The translations under genes were made by a program, and so were the position numbers. 64,000 bases of DNA, from NCBI RefSeq assembly GCF_052425735.1, contig NC_135761.1, positions 13,764,001 through 13,828,000 of the forward strand. The letters run 5' to 3'. Below, one piece after another: positions 1 through 14,800 of the stretch. The notes below the pieces were generated by a model, which was given only the letters and a program-made list of their open reading frames with translations, was not told the origin of the DNA and did no database searches. The DNA comes from Oculina patagonica. Taxonomy: Eukaryota. Position 1 is the first letter of the stretch. Every line of letters begins with the position of its first letter.

Positions 1-120
1 CAGTTCTCTATTTCTTATTGCCAAAGGAAAAGAAATTTGGACTGAGTGTAATGTTTGAGTTGGGGCGGAAAGAGATACAAACGGTAGGAGACTCGGCACG
101 AGTATGTGATTATATCGAAA

Positions 121-500
121 TTAAAGGGACCCTGTCACGGCGATTTTAATGCTTTTCGGTAACAAGTATCAAAATTGGCGAATAGGTCTTCTCGTACATA
201 AAATGCACCTAGTACTTCAAAGAGATATAAAGTAAATTGTTTTTAAAGGAAGAAGGGACCCATTATAATTTTTAGGTGTTTTTTTTCCAGTCCACAAGGA
301 CAAAACTTGAAAAAATCAGCCTGATTTCTTCAAGTTGAGATCTAAAGTTCATGATGGCATCACAATAATATCACTTGTTTATCGCTTCAGTACACTTGCA
401 TGATGATTTTAAACAAAATTGGACCACTATTCGTAGCTTCCATATGTCTTTAGGCTTTTGCGGTTTTGAAGTGAAACTGGTGACAGTGTCGACCCTTTAA
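121..500. mobile_element. Kolobok-like MITE (TTAA-flanked, AGGG...CCCT termini)
   Basis: ttaaagggaccctgtcac ... gtgacagtgtcgaccctttaa. Same terminal family as 7427, 16572, 19189 and 21636. Confidence 0.6.
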
Positions 501-1320
501 GCGCAAATTATTGGTCAGCAGCACTCTCGCCTAGCTAACGCTCGCTCATCGAGCTCTTATTATTTTTTTAAACTGACTCATTTTTTTATTAATGAGCTTG
601 ATTGTCGCAGCTTCTCCTATCATTCCGTTTCTTACATTGTTTTATAAATCACACTTGGTATATTGCTGTGCCAATGTACATTTTTGCTGTTTTATATTGT
701 GTCGAAACCCGAAGTAACATATAACTCTCCTTGGTCGCATACTCCTGTCTTCGCACTCCGCGTGTTACTGGGAACAAACCGTCGCTGCCTGATGTCGGAC
801 TTTCCTATTATCTCTCTTACCCAAACTATTATTTCTCTAAGGAGTCCCCCGGAGTCCATGAGTTAGAATAAAACGATGTATCGCCACCCTCTCTCTCCTC
901 TGCAGAGGCCTTTTTTTCGTACAGGCTGGGAAATGCGGAGAGGTGAAAAATAAGCGAGCTGAGCATGGGAAAAATGGTAACGAAAGCGCGCTCTCCCTAT
1001 TTCTCATTTTTCTTGTTTTTTGGCCTTCCTGTACGTGAAGCGCGATTCTGATTGGTTGGCAACATCTTATTTTGAATTTGATTGTTTGCACGTGACTAAA
1101 CACGTCTATTTGTCAAGTCGTAAAAGAAAAGCTGTCGCGAAATTAAGTTTGAGGGTTTGAAAAGCCTTTGGAGTCCCCCTGTATTTTTTGATGGCCAAAA
1201 ATCGTCCCCAGAATATCTTAGGTAGCTTACTCCGCTATACTACAACGCAATGTCGTAACATCGGTCACTGAAGATCGATAAAAAAAGACTACACAATAAT
1301 AACAATCAGCACTTGAAGTT

Positions 1321-1326
1321 TTATTG
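1321..1326 (-). promoter_or_regulatory. Candidate Piezo polyadenylation signal (AATAAA)
   Basis: tttatt on + at about 1321-1326, followed on the minus strand by a GT-rich tract (gtgctgattgttattattgtgtagtc). Another AATAAA lies at about 2691. Confidence 0.35.
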
Positions 1327-2061
1327 AAAATACCATTTATCATTTGTTCTTTCCCTACACTAAAGTTCACCTCACAAAGACTACGAACCAACTATTCTGC
1401 AAAATATTTTTAATTCACCGGGTACAAAAATAGCTGAAAACGGATTTTATGTGACTACCAGCAACAATAATCGGAAAGTTGTCGAGCGCCACTAGCTAAT
1501 CTTTTTCGACTTTTGCAGCTTAAATTGAACATTTTACGGTATTCTCAAAATAGCTTTGAAAAATATGGCAAAATACTTATATAAAAACTGTTCTAGTTTT
1601 GAATCTGCTTGTAAAGCAATATAAGTTTACCAAGCACGAATTTTAAGAAGTCGAAGCGACAAAACATGCAATATGATTCGCAGCGACAAAAACTATAATT
1701 AAATGTCCAACCTCGTACAAAATGTCTGTTAATTGCGGTATTTTAGTGAAAAGGGGTCGAAACTCAAGTATTATAAACCTCTGAATTACAATAAATAACT
1801 CTGGTAAATTCCTTCAACAATTTACATCTCACAAGTATGATAAATCACGTCATTGGCTACAAACTTACATTTCGGGTAAGAGCAAACGATTTGCAACACA
1901 AATGCTCTTCGTAAGTAGCAGTAGCCATTATTTTGGTTATATTATAACTATGTTTTAAAATTTCTCCCTTGTGAAAAATAATCTATTTAATTTATTCTTC
2001 TTTTATAAACAAGTCACACTTTAACACTTATCAACTAGGAACTTACGGTTTGACTAACATT

Positions 2062-2372
2062 GAGCCTCTCTATGGGTACCTACGGTCTTCGTTTTCTTCG
2101 CAATTTTTTAGCAAATCTTCGTTTTTTTAAGCAGATCTTCGTTTTATCTTCGTTCGGCTTTTTTTCGTGATATGTGGTCAAATGACAAAATTCAGAAATA
2201 ACAGATATTTTCTGTAGTGTTTACGAGTTTTGTCAGTTTTATATCTGAGTGTTCAATATGATCACGCGAATTTTGGTCAATTTCAGATCTTCGCTTCAAC
2301 GATGAGATCTTCGTTTTTTCCGCGGTGATCTTCGCGTCTTCGATTTCTTCGGAAATACCCATAGAGAGGCTC
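2062..2372. mobile_element. MITE with 17-bp TIR and 6-bp TSD
   Basis: TIR gagcctctctatgggta / tacccatagagaggctc. Direct repeat aacatt at 2056-2061 and 2373-2378. Internal atcttcgttt repeats. Confidence 0.8.
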
Positions 2373-2856
2373 AACATTTAATCAGGCTACGACATATAAC
2401 GAGAACTTATTTTTCTTTTCTTTTAAAACTATCCATTCGTATTTAAAAATGCCGATCGCGACGGCAAATTATTTTTCCAGTTTTCCTCAGCCAGGATTCT
2501 TAAGCCTTAAAAACGTTTATGCAGGGCATATACTTTCTACACTGAACCTCGATATAACAAACGCAGAGTATGCCTGCCTGGATACTTTTTGCTATCATGA
2601 CGTAAAACGGCAAGAACGCACCACAAATAGCAAGAGCAATTAAAAGTAAAAACGCTTTTCATTAGTCAAGAAACAGCTCAGCTTTTAGCTTTTATTATTA
2701 TCGTGTCAATAAAAAAAAAATTCAAGGTTCATTCTTGCCGTTTTAGTTTTGCCTCCGATTGGAAGCAACACAATTAACATTCCAAAAGATGTATCTAGCA
2801 TTCTCAGGTTTTACTGTAAAGCGAAATTCAACTTAGATCAGATTTTTTCTTGCTAA

Positions 2857-5800
2857 CTAATGCCGCTTATACTTAGTCCATTTGATCAGTGTCTGCGGAG
2901 ACCGGTACAGGAACATGAGCTTAGCAAAAAGATCTTCCTCTAACTCGAGTTCTTTGCTTTCTCGCACCATGAAGATGTCAAGGCACAGCTTGAGTACTTT
3001 ATCGACGTTTGGCATCTCGTCAAACATGATTCGGTACGATATGGAGGTGAAGAACAAACGTACAAACTTGCCGACCAACCAAACGAATCCCACGTACAGT
3101 CCAATTATCCTGCAACAGAACATAGAACAGAAGATGTAAGTCAGAAAAGACGAAGTTAGGCTTAGTTTCTTGTCTGTGGACGAAACCCAGTAATAGCAAT
3201 GAAATGAAAGCTATTGAGCAGCACTTTCATGTGGTACTGTTTACTATGCTCAAGGGTTCAACTTTTGTTTTTTGATGTTTTTTTTTTTGTATAAGGTAGT
3301 TCTAACTTAAAAAGTCTGTGGCCATGAAACCCTAGTGTGTGATCATTCAAATGGATGCTATTAACATGACTTTCATGTGACGTACTTCTTTACATGCAGT
3401 GCAAGGTGGTTCTGAATGAAGTGCTCTTTGACCGTTCAAATAAAAGCTACTGAACAGTAATTTTATGGTGTACTGTTTATTAAGAGATTTTAAAACGAGT
3501 GATTTGATTTGCTTAATTTAAATTTCCTTTGTTAAAGATCTAGCCAATCAAATCAAGTGTCTCCAGAGCAACTTGTTCCTCGTGCCCCAGGCTCAGCCGG
3601 CTGAGAGGGACAAGCGGCTCTGGGACGAGAATGCGTTTAGTTACAATGAAGATCGTACCCAGTACTAGTGAAGAACGAGAAGTGAAGAGGTGGCACTAGA
3701 TCATTAAAAGTTATCATTTCCAGCACATTATCCTTGGCACCAAACAATGGATCAGGACTCTTCTGCGTTAGCTCCCACCAATCAAAGTCACCCTTCGAGC
3801 GCATGCGCAGGCGACACGTCACATAGTTAGATTTGTCATTGGAGAGAACCGCTGTAACCGAGCCGCTGGCTGGGACGCGTACGAAGCTTGGAAACAAGTC
3901 CTTTATAACCCTGTACAGTGAAAGATTAGAAACAATGTTAACGTCACGGACACGAAATTCAAGGGACACTGTCCTGCTGAAATAGCAAAATTTTTCTCAG
4001 CTTATTTCCAAATGCCACCAAATATACAGCTTAGTTGGATAAAAAGGTTCTATAGAGAAAAAAATAGAAGCAGTAGTTTCGAGATAAACTGCAGGATTGC
4101 AGGGATCCAAATGGATTACAGTTTATGAAATTTGATTTATTAACAGAATGTCAAGGAATCAAACTTGCCATTCTTGTGACGGTTTGACCTTTCTAGCCGT
4201 TATTTTGTTGTTGTTTATATTTCTTTGTCTTCTTTTTTTTAATGAAAAGCTAAAATTCCAAGCCTTTACTCTTCGTTGGAGCAAAGTGATCGGACGAAGG
4301 GCCTAACGCTCAAAACGTCAGCCTGTCCAAATTTGCTAAAGCTGTTTTTTTTTTTACTTTTATCAACTACCAGTTTTGCCCGCCAACGCAGCACAACTTA
4401 TAACTAATAACGAAGTTTTATAACTCTGTTCGTAGAAGGGTCGGTTTGCCAGATAATAGTATAACTGTATTGATAGGATGCCTCAGTAGAAATATCACCA
4501 CTGTTATATTGGTGAAACAACTGAACGACATTGAAATATATAATAAAACGGGCTCACATACACGTCATCACTTGTGGAATTTCCCTCTAACATGTCTGCC
4601 AGTTGCGTTTTAGTAGCATTGTCGAGGAGGACCTGGGTCACACCGGATATCGTCTCCTGTGCAAGTGCTGTTTTAGGCTCCCTATATATGGAAGAAAACG
4701 TTAGATGAAAGGTGCTTATCCACTTATGTCCACTTTATAGGCTTACCGTTTCGGGGCATTGCTTATGTGGTTACTATTACAAATTGGCGAAAAGGAAAAA
4801 AAAATTGCACGAGGGAGAAAAATATAGGAGAGGGAAAGGGATGTGTTGTCATGGATAAAATGGAATGAAAAGGATGTGTGGAAGAGAAAGAGGGAGAGGA
4901 GGGGAGAGAAAGAGGAGTAGCAGCAGTAGCAGCAGCATATAGTTACGCGTAGCGAGCGAAAAGACAGTGAAAGAAACATGAACGCAGTAATTGCATAAAA
5001 ATATCGAAGATCGATCCGATACCAGAATTCATTATAAAATTATAAAAAGACGTTCTCTGGTAAAAATTTGTTTTAAAATTATAAGCCTTTGACAGCCAGT
5101 CTACTGTCTTCGACGGATAAAAAACTATGTGATAAAATGGACCTAAATTTGATTATAGCACAACTAAAGTAAAGCGCGCGTTCTGATTGGTTAATTTAGC
5201 GTCTACTATTTGCCCATGGGTGCACGCTGACGTATGCCTTCTACCTGAGCGCGCGCGCTGATCTGATGCGACATGGTACAAGAAAGTGCCACTACTTCAC
5301 GAATTTTTACATGTTTTCTCGATTTTCCTGTGTATTTGAAAAAACTAAACATAAGAAAAACCATTTCTCCATAATGCTGAAAGACTTTGAGGTACAATGC
5401 AAATTTGAAATAATTCAAAAGTTTGTATGTTTGTTTTTTCTTCTAGGTTTTCGTCAGCGTTTACGCGAGCACTACATGCAATTGTTTAAATAAGCGCGCG
5501 CATTTTGAAAAGTTAAAAAAATTACAGTTAATGAGATATATACTTGTAGAAGTACAGACCTTGTAAATTCATAGCTAAAGCGCATTGTCACATTGTTGTC
5601 GGAAAGATACTTTGTCATAAGGTCACGTGACGGCGGGCTGATGGTCCAGATGGAGCTTGAATTACCCACAATCTTCACTTGAACCACCGTGCCTCTTCCT
5701 TTATAGCCCTGAAGGAATGCTTCCATCTACAACAAACACGCTTGTAATCAGCAAAACGTACTGAAACTGTCACATGCTTGGCACAGGCGTCAATTTTCAA

Positions 5801-8800
5801 AATTCCCTGACCTTTTCCCGATAAAAAAATTCTCTGACCAAATAAATACAAAACGTCAGATAAAGTAGCGACCTCCAGCTTCCACTTCCAAAAGAAAACA
5901 TCGCCGAGATCACATTGACATAAAAAGTTACTTCAATATCCCCCGACTTTTATTTAAAATGACGAAATGTCAATTTTTCCTGACTCAAAATAAAATTCCC
6001 TGACTTTTCCCTGACCTTGAAGAATTTTATTCTTTCCTGACCATTTCCTGACCTGTGGTAACCCTGTGTCATCACTGCGTGGATGGAAATGTTTAGTTTA
6101 AAGAATTTTCGTGGCATTTGAGAGAACATCGCATGCATTGTACAGTAAGAACCTGCATTTTCCCAAGTTAGCCTAAACGAGTTCTTACATAAAAGGTAAT
6201 TAGCACAAATTTAGGCTATTTAGGTTCTTAACAGGTTCTTATTTTCTGAGGAAAAATTTACATTGCTGCTAATAGAATTTTAGTGGTATTCGATCATCCT
6301 CTTCCTTATATGAAATTTGCACACCATTTTATCTATATTTATGTGATCGTATCAACAATAATATCATATGATTTTCAACATTGGCATTGACACTACAAAT
6401 GAAGCGATAAGGCTCCTAGGTGTCTCCAAGGAGGATTCAGAATGTCAACTTATCTTATTTCCCTAATTAAAGTAAACATTTTTTTATCGATTTTAGAAAA
6501 TAAGAATCTATTTCCAAATTTTAGGCTATAGAGGTTCCTTATATAGTGGGTGTCCAACTGACAAATTTTAGCCTAAGAGGTTCTTAAAAATGTAGGTTTT
6601 TACTGTATCGCAAAACAGATGCCTGACATTTCTCTCAATTTTATGTGATGCAAGTTTGGGAATGGTCAAAACGATTGTACTCACACAGTACCCACCAGTC
6701 TGCAAAAAGACAGGTGGTCTCTTCATGTAGCCTACCTTTCCCACCTTAAAAGATGGTGTCTTGTTTGTATAGCCCCCACTCTATCAGGAGTGGAAACTTA
6801 AAAAAATCTTCAAACTTCCTTCTGCCATTTCTCCCGCAATGCAAGCTTCATGCACACCTAATATGAAAGTCTCAACTTGAATTTTGAGGCCAATAATTTT
6901 TGTCTATTTGGCTAATCAGACAGATGGTGTCTTGCATAGCCCCCCCCCCCCCCCTACCCCTACACAAGGTGGATCCTCGTCGAGTACACTTGTTATGACC
7001 ACTTCCCTTAGTAATACCTAATCAAACAACGGAACTAAACAACTTAATTAAACCAGACTATATTTTTAACTGTAAGGCAAAAGTACCTCGGTTTCGGAGT
7101 ATCCACCGGGCCGGTCCTTCTTTATCTTGTCGATTTCTTTATCGTTCAGTTTGTTTAAAGATTTCTCCTGTGCACTTACTTTGAAAAGTGGCTGCAAAAT
7201 GAAAAATAAAAATCATACAAAAAGGAAATACCGTACCTCGTGAAGCTTAATTACTGTTTTTGGCCCGGACATTCTACTCACCTTCCACTATAGTTAACGT
7301 TTCTACTACACATGTAATGTATACGTTTAAAAGAAGGTAACACAGATTCTGTCTGCACTGTCAAAAAGAGATCATTTACCCTTAAATCTAAGGGAATATG
7401 TCACTAATGTAACTGTTTTTCAACTTTTAAAGGGACTATGTCACGGATTTTACCAGATTTTTGAACCGCCAAAATTTATATTTGTGTAGCATAAATAATG
7501 GTCCATTTTTATTAAAAATGGCTATATTAGAGGACTGAATCTGTTAACTGGCATCTTTGGATGCGGATGCCTCGGATGGAAACGGATTGCAATTTGAAAA
7601 CGTTAGGCAAACGTTTTCAAATTGTTTCCGCGCGTTTTCAAAAAAATCGATATTTACAGTTGTAGCTTGATTTCTATCCGCAAATTAAGGTTATATATTC
7701 CGAAATAGGAAGTTTAGATGTTCAAAGATAATGTCTTTCATGGGTTTAGTTGCCTACAACTTATTTTAGAACAGTTGTGACCAAAAAACTGTGAAATCCC
7801 AGTGACATAGTCCCTTTAATTCGTAAAACAACAGAATTCCCTCCCAAGCGCTGTTTAGGATGAGTCTGTCTCGCTTGACGAATTAAATTAATCGTTCTGA
7901 ATGCTTTACGTTGAACATACCTGATATCCACCAATAGAAAGCGTGAACGTGGCGTCCTGTGGTAGGTTGGCTGTGTACACAGAGTTGATATATGACATAA
8001 ACAGAAGTGGGAACCATATGACGATTACCAGCAGAGCCACCAACAGTCCACCTAAGCCCCACTTGCTCATGGTCCAATACTTCTGGCCCCTAGCTTGGAA
8101 CCACGTCTAAGCACAAGAAAGAAATAGAGATCTTAACAGTTCTACAAAAACGTCAGAAAGCAGAGTCAGTCAAATGATTCCAATTTGAAGTACAGTTTTC
8201 AAGGAAACCTCCACTCTCAGGACAAGTTGATGTAAAATTATTTGGAATACCTTATTATAGGAAATTGACGCTTGTGTTAATTAAGGTATTTGAAATTAAC
8301 GCGACTTAAATGAACACGAATTGAAGGAAAAATTACTTCCCAATATAGGAAATTAACGCGAAAGAAAGGGTAACATTTCAAAATGAAGGAAATTAACGCG
8401 ACGTACACAACAGGAACAAGTTTATTTCAACGCTTGTAGGCGTATAATCTTAAACGAAAACAATGTTCGTGGTACTTTTCCGACTTTGAGCGTTCTTCAC
8501 AGTATCAATGATAGTGGCAGATAAAATAATGCTTTTTCCTTGGAGTCAAGAACATCTGGACTGTAACGGAAAATTGGGGCTAAAAAAATGGAAATTAACG
8601 TCATGGAAATTAACGCTCCACTTAATTAACGGCGCGGAAATTAACGTTAAGAAAAATTAACGCGACTTAAATTAACGCGAAAGTTTGAAATTGGCATTAA
8701 TTTCATAACGCGTTAATTTCCTATAATAAGGTAATGTGTAAATTCCAAATTTTACGAGTCAAGGGAGAAGTGACATTTAATAGTAACAAAAACAGAAAAG

Positions 8801-11800
8801 GACTTTCGACCATTACACGTCATAAAATCCAAACGGCAAATTGACAGCTTTGTTTGCGGCTGAGTTTGCAGTTGCAGGACGCGTATCACATATGAACCCA
8901 GTAAATGGCCCAGCTCACCACGAGTCTCTCGTAGCTCAGTTGGTTAGAGTGTCCAGCCGGTATCTGGGAGGCCATTGGTTTGATTCCCGTCGGGGACTCA
9001 AATTTCTTCTTTGTTCCCCGCTCGCGTAACATTTCATCTTTATCGTCTCGTAATAAAATATCCCAACAATGGTTTGTCCTTATAAGCTGTCATGGAAACA
9101 ATCCTTCGGGCCCCTTTTGTTGCCCTTATTTGGATATCACGCAACCCATCTCCAACACGTTGCGTAACGCGAGAAAGCCTCTTTTCTCAGTAGACGCAAC
9201 GATTCTTAGAAGTCTTGGATAATGACCCAAATAACGGCTACAATAAAAAAAACCCCAAGCGGAGGAAGAGAAACAATTCCATTCAGCTTTTATAACTCTT
9301 CTTACCTTCTCTGATTCTCTGTAACACTTCAGCACATAAATATTAGCATAAATATCCTCCATCTTGAGCCAGTGATACAAGGTCAGCGTGGTATCTGTGC
9401 AGACCCAGTCCAACACACTGCGCAACTCCAGCAGGAAGGGAATGGCCTGGAAACTAGAGACAAGATAGCAGTAGATTTTATTAGGAAATAGCGACCTTTA
9501 AATTGGACTACAAGTACGAGATTGAGTACGTGTTTTCAAACCAAATTCGTGTGCCTCCTATAATCACTTATCACACCAATCTTATCCCTAACGTTTATTT
9601 ATGTGTTCCAAAGTCGTACTCGATCTCGTACTCGTAGTCAAATCTAAAGGTCGCTTATTTCGGATTCTGCAACATGACACAAGTCTCATTTAGGAAAAGA
9701 GAGATTTGCAATACTTCGAACATTAATTATATTTAATCCCCTCAACCATTCAACTGATTTTTTTACATCATTTACATTGTAACCTAAATAAAACATTTAC
9801 GCGTAATGAACCCATTCTTGAACTTACCCTTGGAAAAGAATACCGCTGGTCAGCGTATAGCTTTTCGTCAGGAAGTTACCCAGAATCCTGGTAGGGTAAC
9901 CACATCGCACTTGGTAAGCGGACAGGCCAAAGTACATGCATTTGAAGATGTACATGAAGATTGCTGGTATGTTCTCGATGAACGCTCTAGAGAAAAACGT
10001 CAGAGATACATGTCACAATGAGATCAATGCGTTGAAAATATTTTAGAACAAAATCAACGAAATACACAACGAAATATACAAAATATATACAAATATATCA
10101 CGAAATCATGAAATTATCGAAGTTATGAAATCAACTTTTTTAAATTTGTTGTTAAAATAATCATTGTGTCTAGATACCCGGCAGCCGGGAAGTGTTTTCA
10201 AAATACTACATACCCGGCAGTCTGAAATTATTCTAGAATTTCCACGGAAAAACCAACACCACGTGCCACCTTTGTCACGCCACTAAAGCGTCACACCGGA
10301 AGTTATATCGGTGGCGGACTTTCGTCACCGAACGCTCAAGCGTTTTGTAGCTATTTTGTACTACTTTGCCGAGGCAATTGTTGAGGCCTAAAGTCGGAAA
10401 ATCGCTTGGTATTTCTACACCGACATCTCAGCAGGTTCAAATGGAAATTTTGATGGAAAAACGGGAAGCATTTTTGACTGCCGGGTATGTAGTCTTTGAA
10501 ACATCGTGCCCGTGAGTCACATAAAGTTCGTACAATTTGTGCAAAACCAAACTGACATTGTAAAAACTCGCTTGGTATTTCCGACCGAAAATTGAAATAC
10601 TGAAATACTCTCGGGAGCTAGGTTTCAATGATCATTTTTGTGGATATTGAATGTATTGATTATTCATGAATTTTTGACTGCCGGGTATCTAGTCTTTTGA
10701 ACAACCGTGCCCGTGAGTCGAGGATTTTATAGTACGCCGAAGCCAAGAGAATTCGTCCACAACAAAAGCAAAACATTATTTAGAATCGCTTCGCATTTCT
10801 CAGCAAATATCGAATACTCTCGCAGGGTTTCAACTTCAGTTTTTGTAGAAATTATTCTATAAGAGTTGACACCGGAGTCAGAGTACGATTTTTTTCTAAG
10901 TGTCGAAGAATCAAGATTTTGTGGTATGCCCAAGCTCGAAAATTTCCTCAAACACAAAGCCAAAACTATAATTGAAATCGCTTGGCATTTCTAAGCAAAG
11001 ATCTATAGTTTTGAGGAGGATTGGATTGGTTTTTCCGTGGAAATTCTAGAATAATTTCAGACTGCCGGGTATGTAGTATTTTGAAAACACTTCCCGGCTG
11101 CCGGGTATCTAGACACAATGTAAAATAATAGTGCGTGTTTATGAACAAAAGTCTCTTTTTTCTTTGCTAGCGCAAAATAAGTCCTAGTTTATCGAAAAGG
11201 CTCGTCATTATATATCTACCATGTGTTCTTGTATATTGGCAATTCTCCACTCTACTACACTGTTATTTTGAGGTCTTGGGCGACTTACCTTTGCGTCACA
11301 AGTGGCACGATGAAAAACATGAACACGTGAAATAATATCACCAAACAAACATTGTAAATCAGCTTGGCGATCACAAACTTTCTGAGATATAAATATCTGG
11401 AAGAACAAAAATACATGATCACACTCAAGATAGTGTTTGTTACTGACTGCATACAGTCTCAAAACACGAAGTAAGGTTGGTTAAAGAAATTTACCTGTCA
11501 ATAATGATGAGAAAAAACTGCGTTAACAACATGTAAAGGAAGGTCTTCGGCACCTAAAAAAGCAAAGTGTATTTTTTAAATTTTAAAAATATGTTGTAAT
11601 TATTAGAACTATTACTTTGTAAGGAACTGTTTTTCAATGAAAAATGTACTGCGTTTATGAGATAAAGCTGCAAAGATAAGCCGCTAAATTCTAGTATTGC
11701 AGCGAAAAGAAGTTATTTAAGAAAAAAATAAACTTACCACGTTTTGTTCTATTATTTGCATGAACTGCGCTTGTGGCTTCGGCTGGAAAAAGGAATAAGA

Positions 11801-14800
11801 AAAAACTTTCTTTTTGGTTTCTTTGCCACGTTTTTCAATATTGAATGTTAATGTACTCATGTAGCCATATATATTTTTATGTGGCAAATCAGTAGAATCA
11901 AAAAAAAAGAATATGGTGACGCTACTTCATTGCAGGCTTACCCCATTGCAGTAAATTTGCCGGTACCCATTTATATACCTGGATGGAGAGAGGCACTGTG
12001 AGAGTAAAGTGCCTTGCCAAAGAACACAATGGAGGGGCCCTGGTCAGGGCTCAAACGCGAACCGCCCGATCCAGCGCTCTAGCTATTAGGCCACCGCGCC
12101 TTCCAATCGAGATAAACAAACAAACCCAACAAAATAAAATAACCCAACCCAGCTCCGTGAGTAAGTATTCTTAGTCAAGGCCTTATAACACAGAGAACGG
12201 GAAAGAGGCAAACAATCAAACAAACAAACCCACCTGCACAAGTCAATATTCTTAGTTAACGGTTCGTAACAGAGACTAACACCAACACAGCTTTTATAGC
12301 GAGGGTAATTCATTATGACAACAAATTCCTACCTCTGGCGAGGAGAAGGCAGACCAACTGAATACAATGATGATAAAGATAATGAACTGACAGGAAAACA
12401 TCATGGCGTACACATCCACAGCACCAGAGCCGATTTCAGGATCATAAATACGACGGAAAAACGTCGCCACAGGAAAACACAGGCCGCTAGAGAGAAAAAC
12501 AAAGGAAGGTTACATTTGATACCAGGATTGAACGCGCTAAAAGTACGCTATATCTCCTTGTTGTTGTTGGGTTTTTTTTCGGGGGGGGGGGGGGGGGTGT
12601 TGAAACTGATTGCAAAAATGAAAACTTGCGATGTATATCTCACCGTTCTTGATTCCTATGTCTTCCATCTTCGTCGGTCGCCTGAGTGTCCTAGAAACGA
12701 AAAAACAAACAAACAAAACAAAACAGTGATTAGCATCTGGTTTCTCCTAACAAAACAAATACAAAGTCAAACAAGCAAGGTTTGAGAAAAAAGGAGCAGA
12801 TCACCAAGAGTGTATATATACAATGGAAAGTTTACCACAAAAGTGGAATGATCTAATTATCAAGACGCTGCACAATCGGTCGTTAATAGCTAGTAACATG
12901 AAGTGTTTCAAATGTGATTAGGACTGTTGTCATCAGGCAATGTCACAGGTCGAGGTCCCACGTTCAAGAAACAACGTTCAAGCAGTTAAGGGATGTTACG
13001 CAGTACACACCTGTGATTGTTGTGTTGAAATGCTGCTCTCAATGGATATCGACCTGTCCAGCATAACAGAACCACCATAACCAGCACCAAAATGACCTTA
13101 AAAACATTAAGGAAGAGAAGATATTAAACGCTTGCTTGGCTCCACAGTGCAAACTGTTGCAAGGAAAATCACGTTTTGTTTATTTGTACGAGTAGCCACG
13201 CGCGTTTTCCCACCCCAGGCACAGATTACATGTTTTCCCGCGCGTTAGGCACCGGTCAGTCATTTTTACCGCGCTTGGCACCGGTTACATGTTTTCCCGC
13301 GCTTGGCACCGGTTACTTGGGGTGCTTTTTAAGCCAAACATTTCGGAAATTTCGGTCGGTAGACAAATGGGAGGGCACGTTTCGGTTCGGAGTGACCGGA
13401 ATATTCGGGTCCATCTCTGGAGGTGGTCCACTTTGACCGGTCGGACCAAAATTTACCATTCCATTTTGACAAACTGTTTAGTTTTCTTACTTTAGTCCAG
13501 TAGCTTCTCACTGATAAGGGGAACTGGGGAAAGGAATGCAAAATGGAAAGGACCGTTGCACTCGGTTGACCCGGATAAATCAGAAAATATCGTTCCATTT
13601 TACAACGGTCAGTTTGGTCCGACTGGTCGCACTTTTTTTTTAATAATGATTATGGCTTAATTGTTTACGTCAAAACTTGACAGATGACTGTTGGCAAGGA
13701 TGGATGTGGATTCGCAGACAAATCTTAAAATATAACAACTCAAGATGTTAATCAGTTTGTACCACAAGCTACTCGGAAAAAAAATTTTCCAACAGTCGAA
13801 CGAATGTCAGTCTCACGTTATAAAGTTTGACTTGAAATTCATATAAATCGTGTTGACATTGGAATTTTCTATCTAGAATTGCTATCTTTACTCAATGTGA
13901 CAATTATTCCATAAATTGCCGAGGGGATATTTCAGTCCTCGCTGTCATGTATTTATTACAGTTTTGGCGAACATCCGGTCACATTTTTTTTATTGCAACA
14001 CACGGAAAAAAATATATAGCCTACTTACAGAACAATTACTTAGTAATGGAAAGCACCCATGTTTTCCCGCGCGTTAGTCATTGGTCAGTCGTTTTCCCGC
14101 GCTTGGCACCGGTTACATATTTTCCCACGCGTTAGTCACCGTTCAGTCGTTTTCCCACACTTTGCACGTTTTTGATCTAATTGCTTTTGTTTCGATTTTA
14201 CGACAGTCAATAAAAAAAACTGCTTTAAATAAAATCTTTGTACCTGGAGGTGACGCAGGTGACATTGCTGTCTCGTCAGTTTCATCACCTTCGTCTTTGT
14301 TCGTTTGGTCTCTCCACAAACCGTGCACCTGACAAAAAAGACAAGTAATAACTGAGAAAATTCAATAATATCAGGGCAAGAAAAAAATCAAAACAGCTGC
14401 AAGCCACTAAACTCGGAAAAGTTATTTTGAAACAAGAATGTTTTGTTAAGTTTGAGATTGGTCCACGTCTAAACTGGGGGACAGAAAATATTAACAAAAA
14501 AACCTCAACAAAATGTTATAAAATTGAAATCAAATTTCATGCTAATTCTGGATTAGCTTAATCGTGCTTTAAACAACCGGGCCCTTATTCTCCGATTCCG
14601 TCGAGTGTGACTCGTCTTGCAACTCCGTCGGATTTTCGATTTTCACAAAGTTGAAATAGCTCTTACGACTTCAACTACGAATCCGTCGAAAGTGAAGCTA
14701 TTCGTACACATGCATACAATAGTCTTACCTTCAACGAATATCTATGAAAGAAGAGTACCAGAAGCAACAAGAGATCGTAGGCGGACGTGTGCGCATCTCG

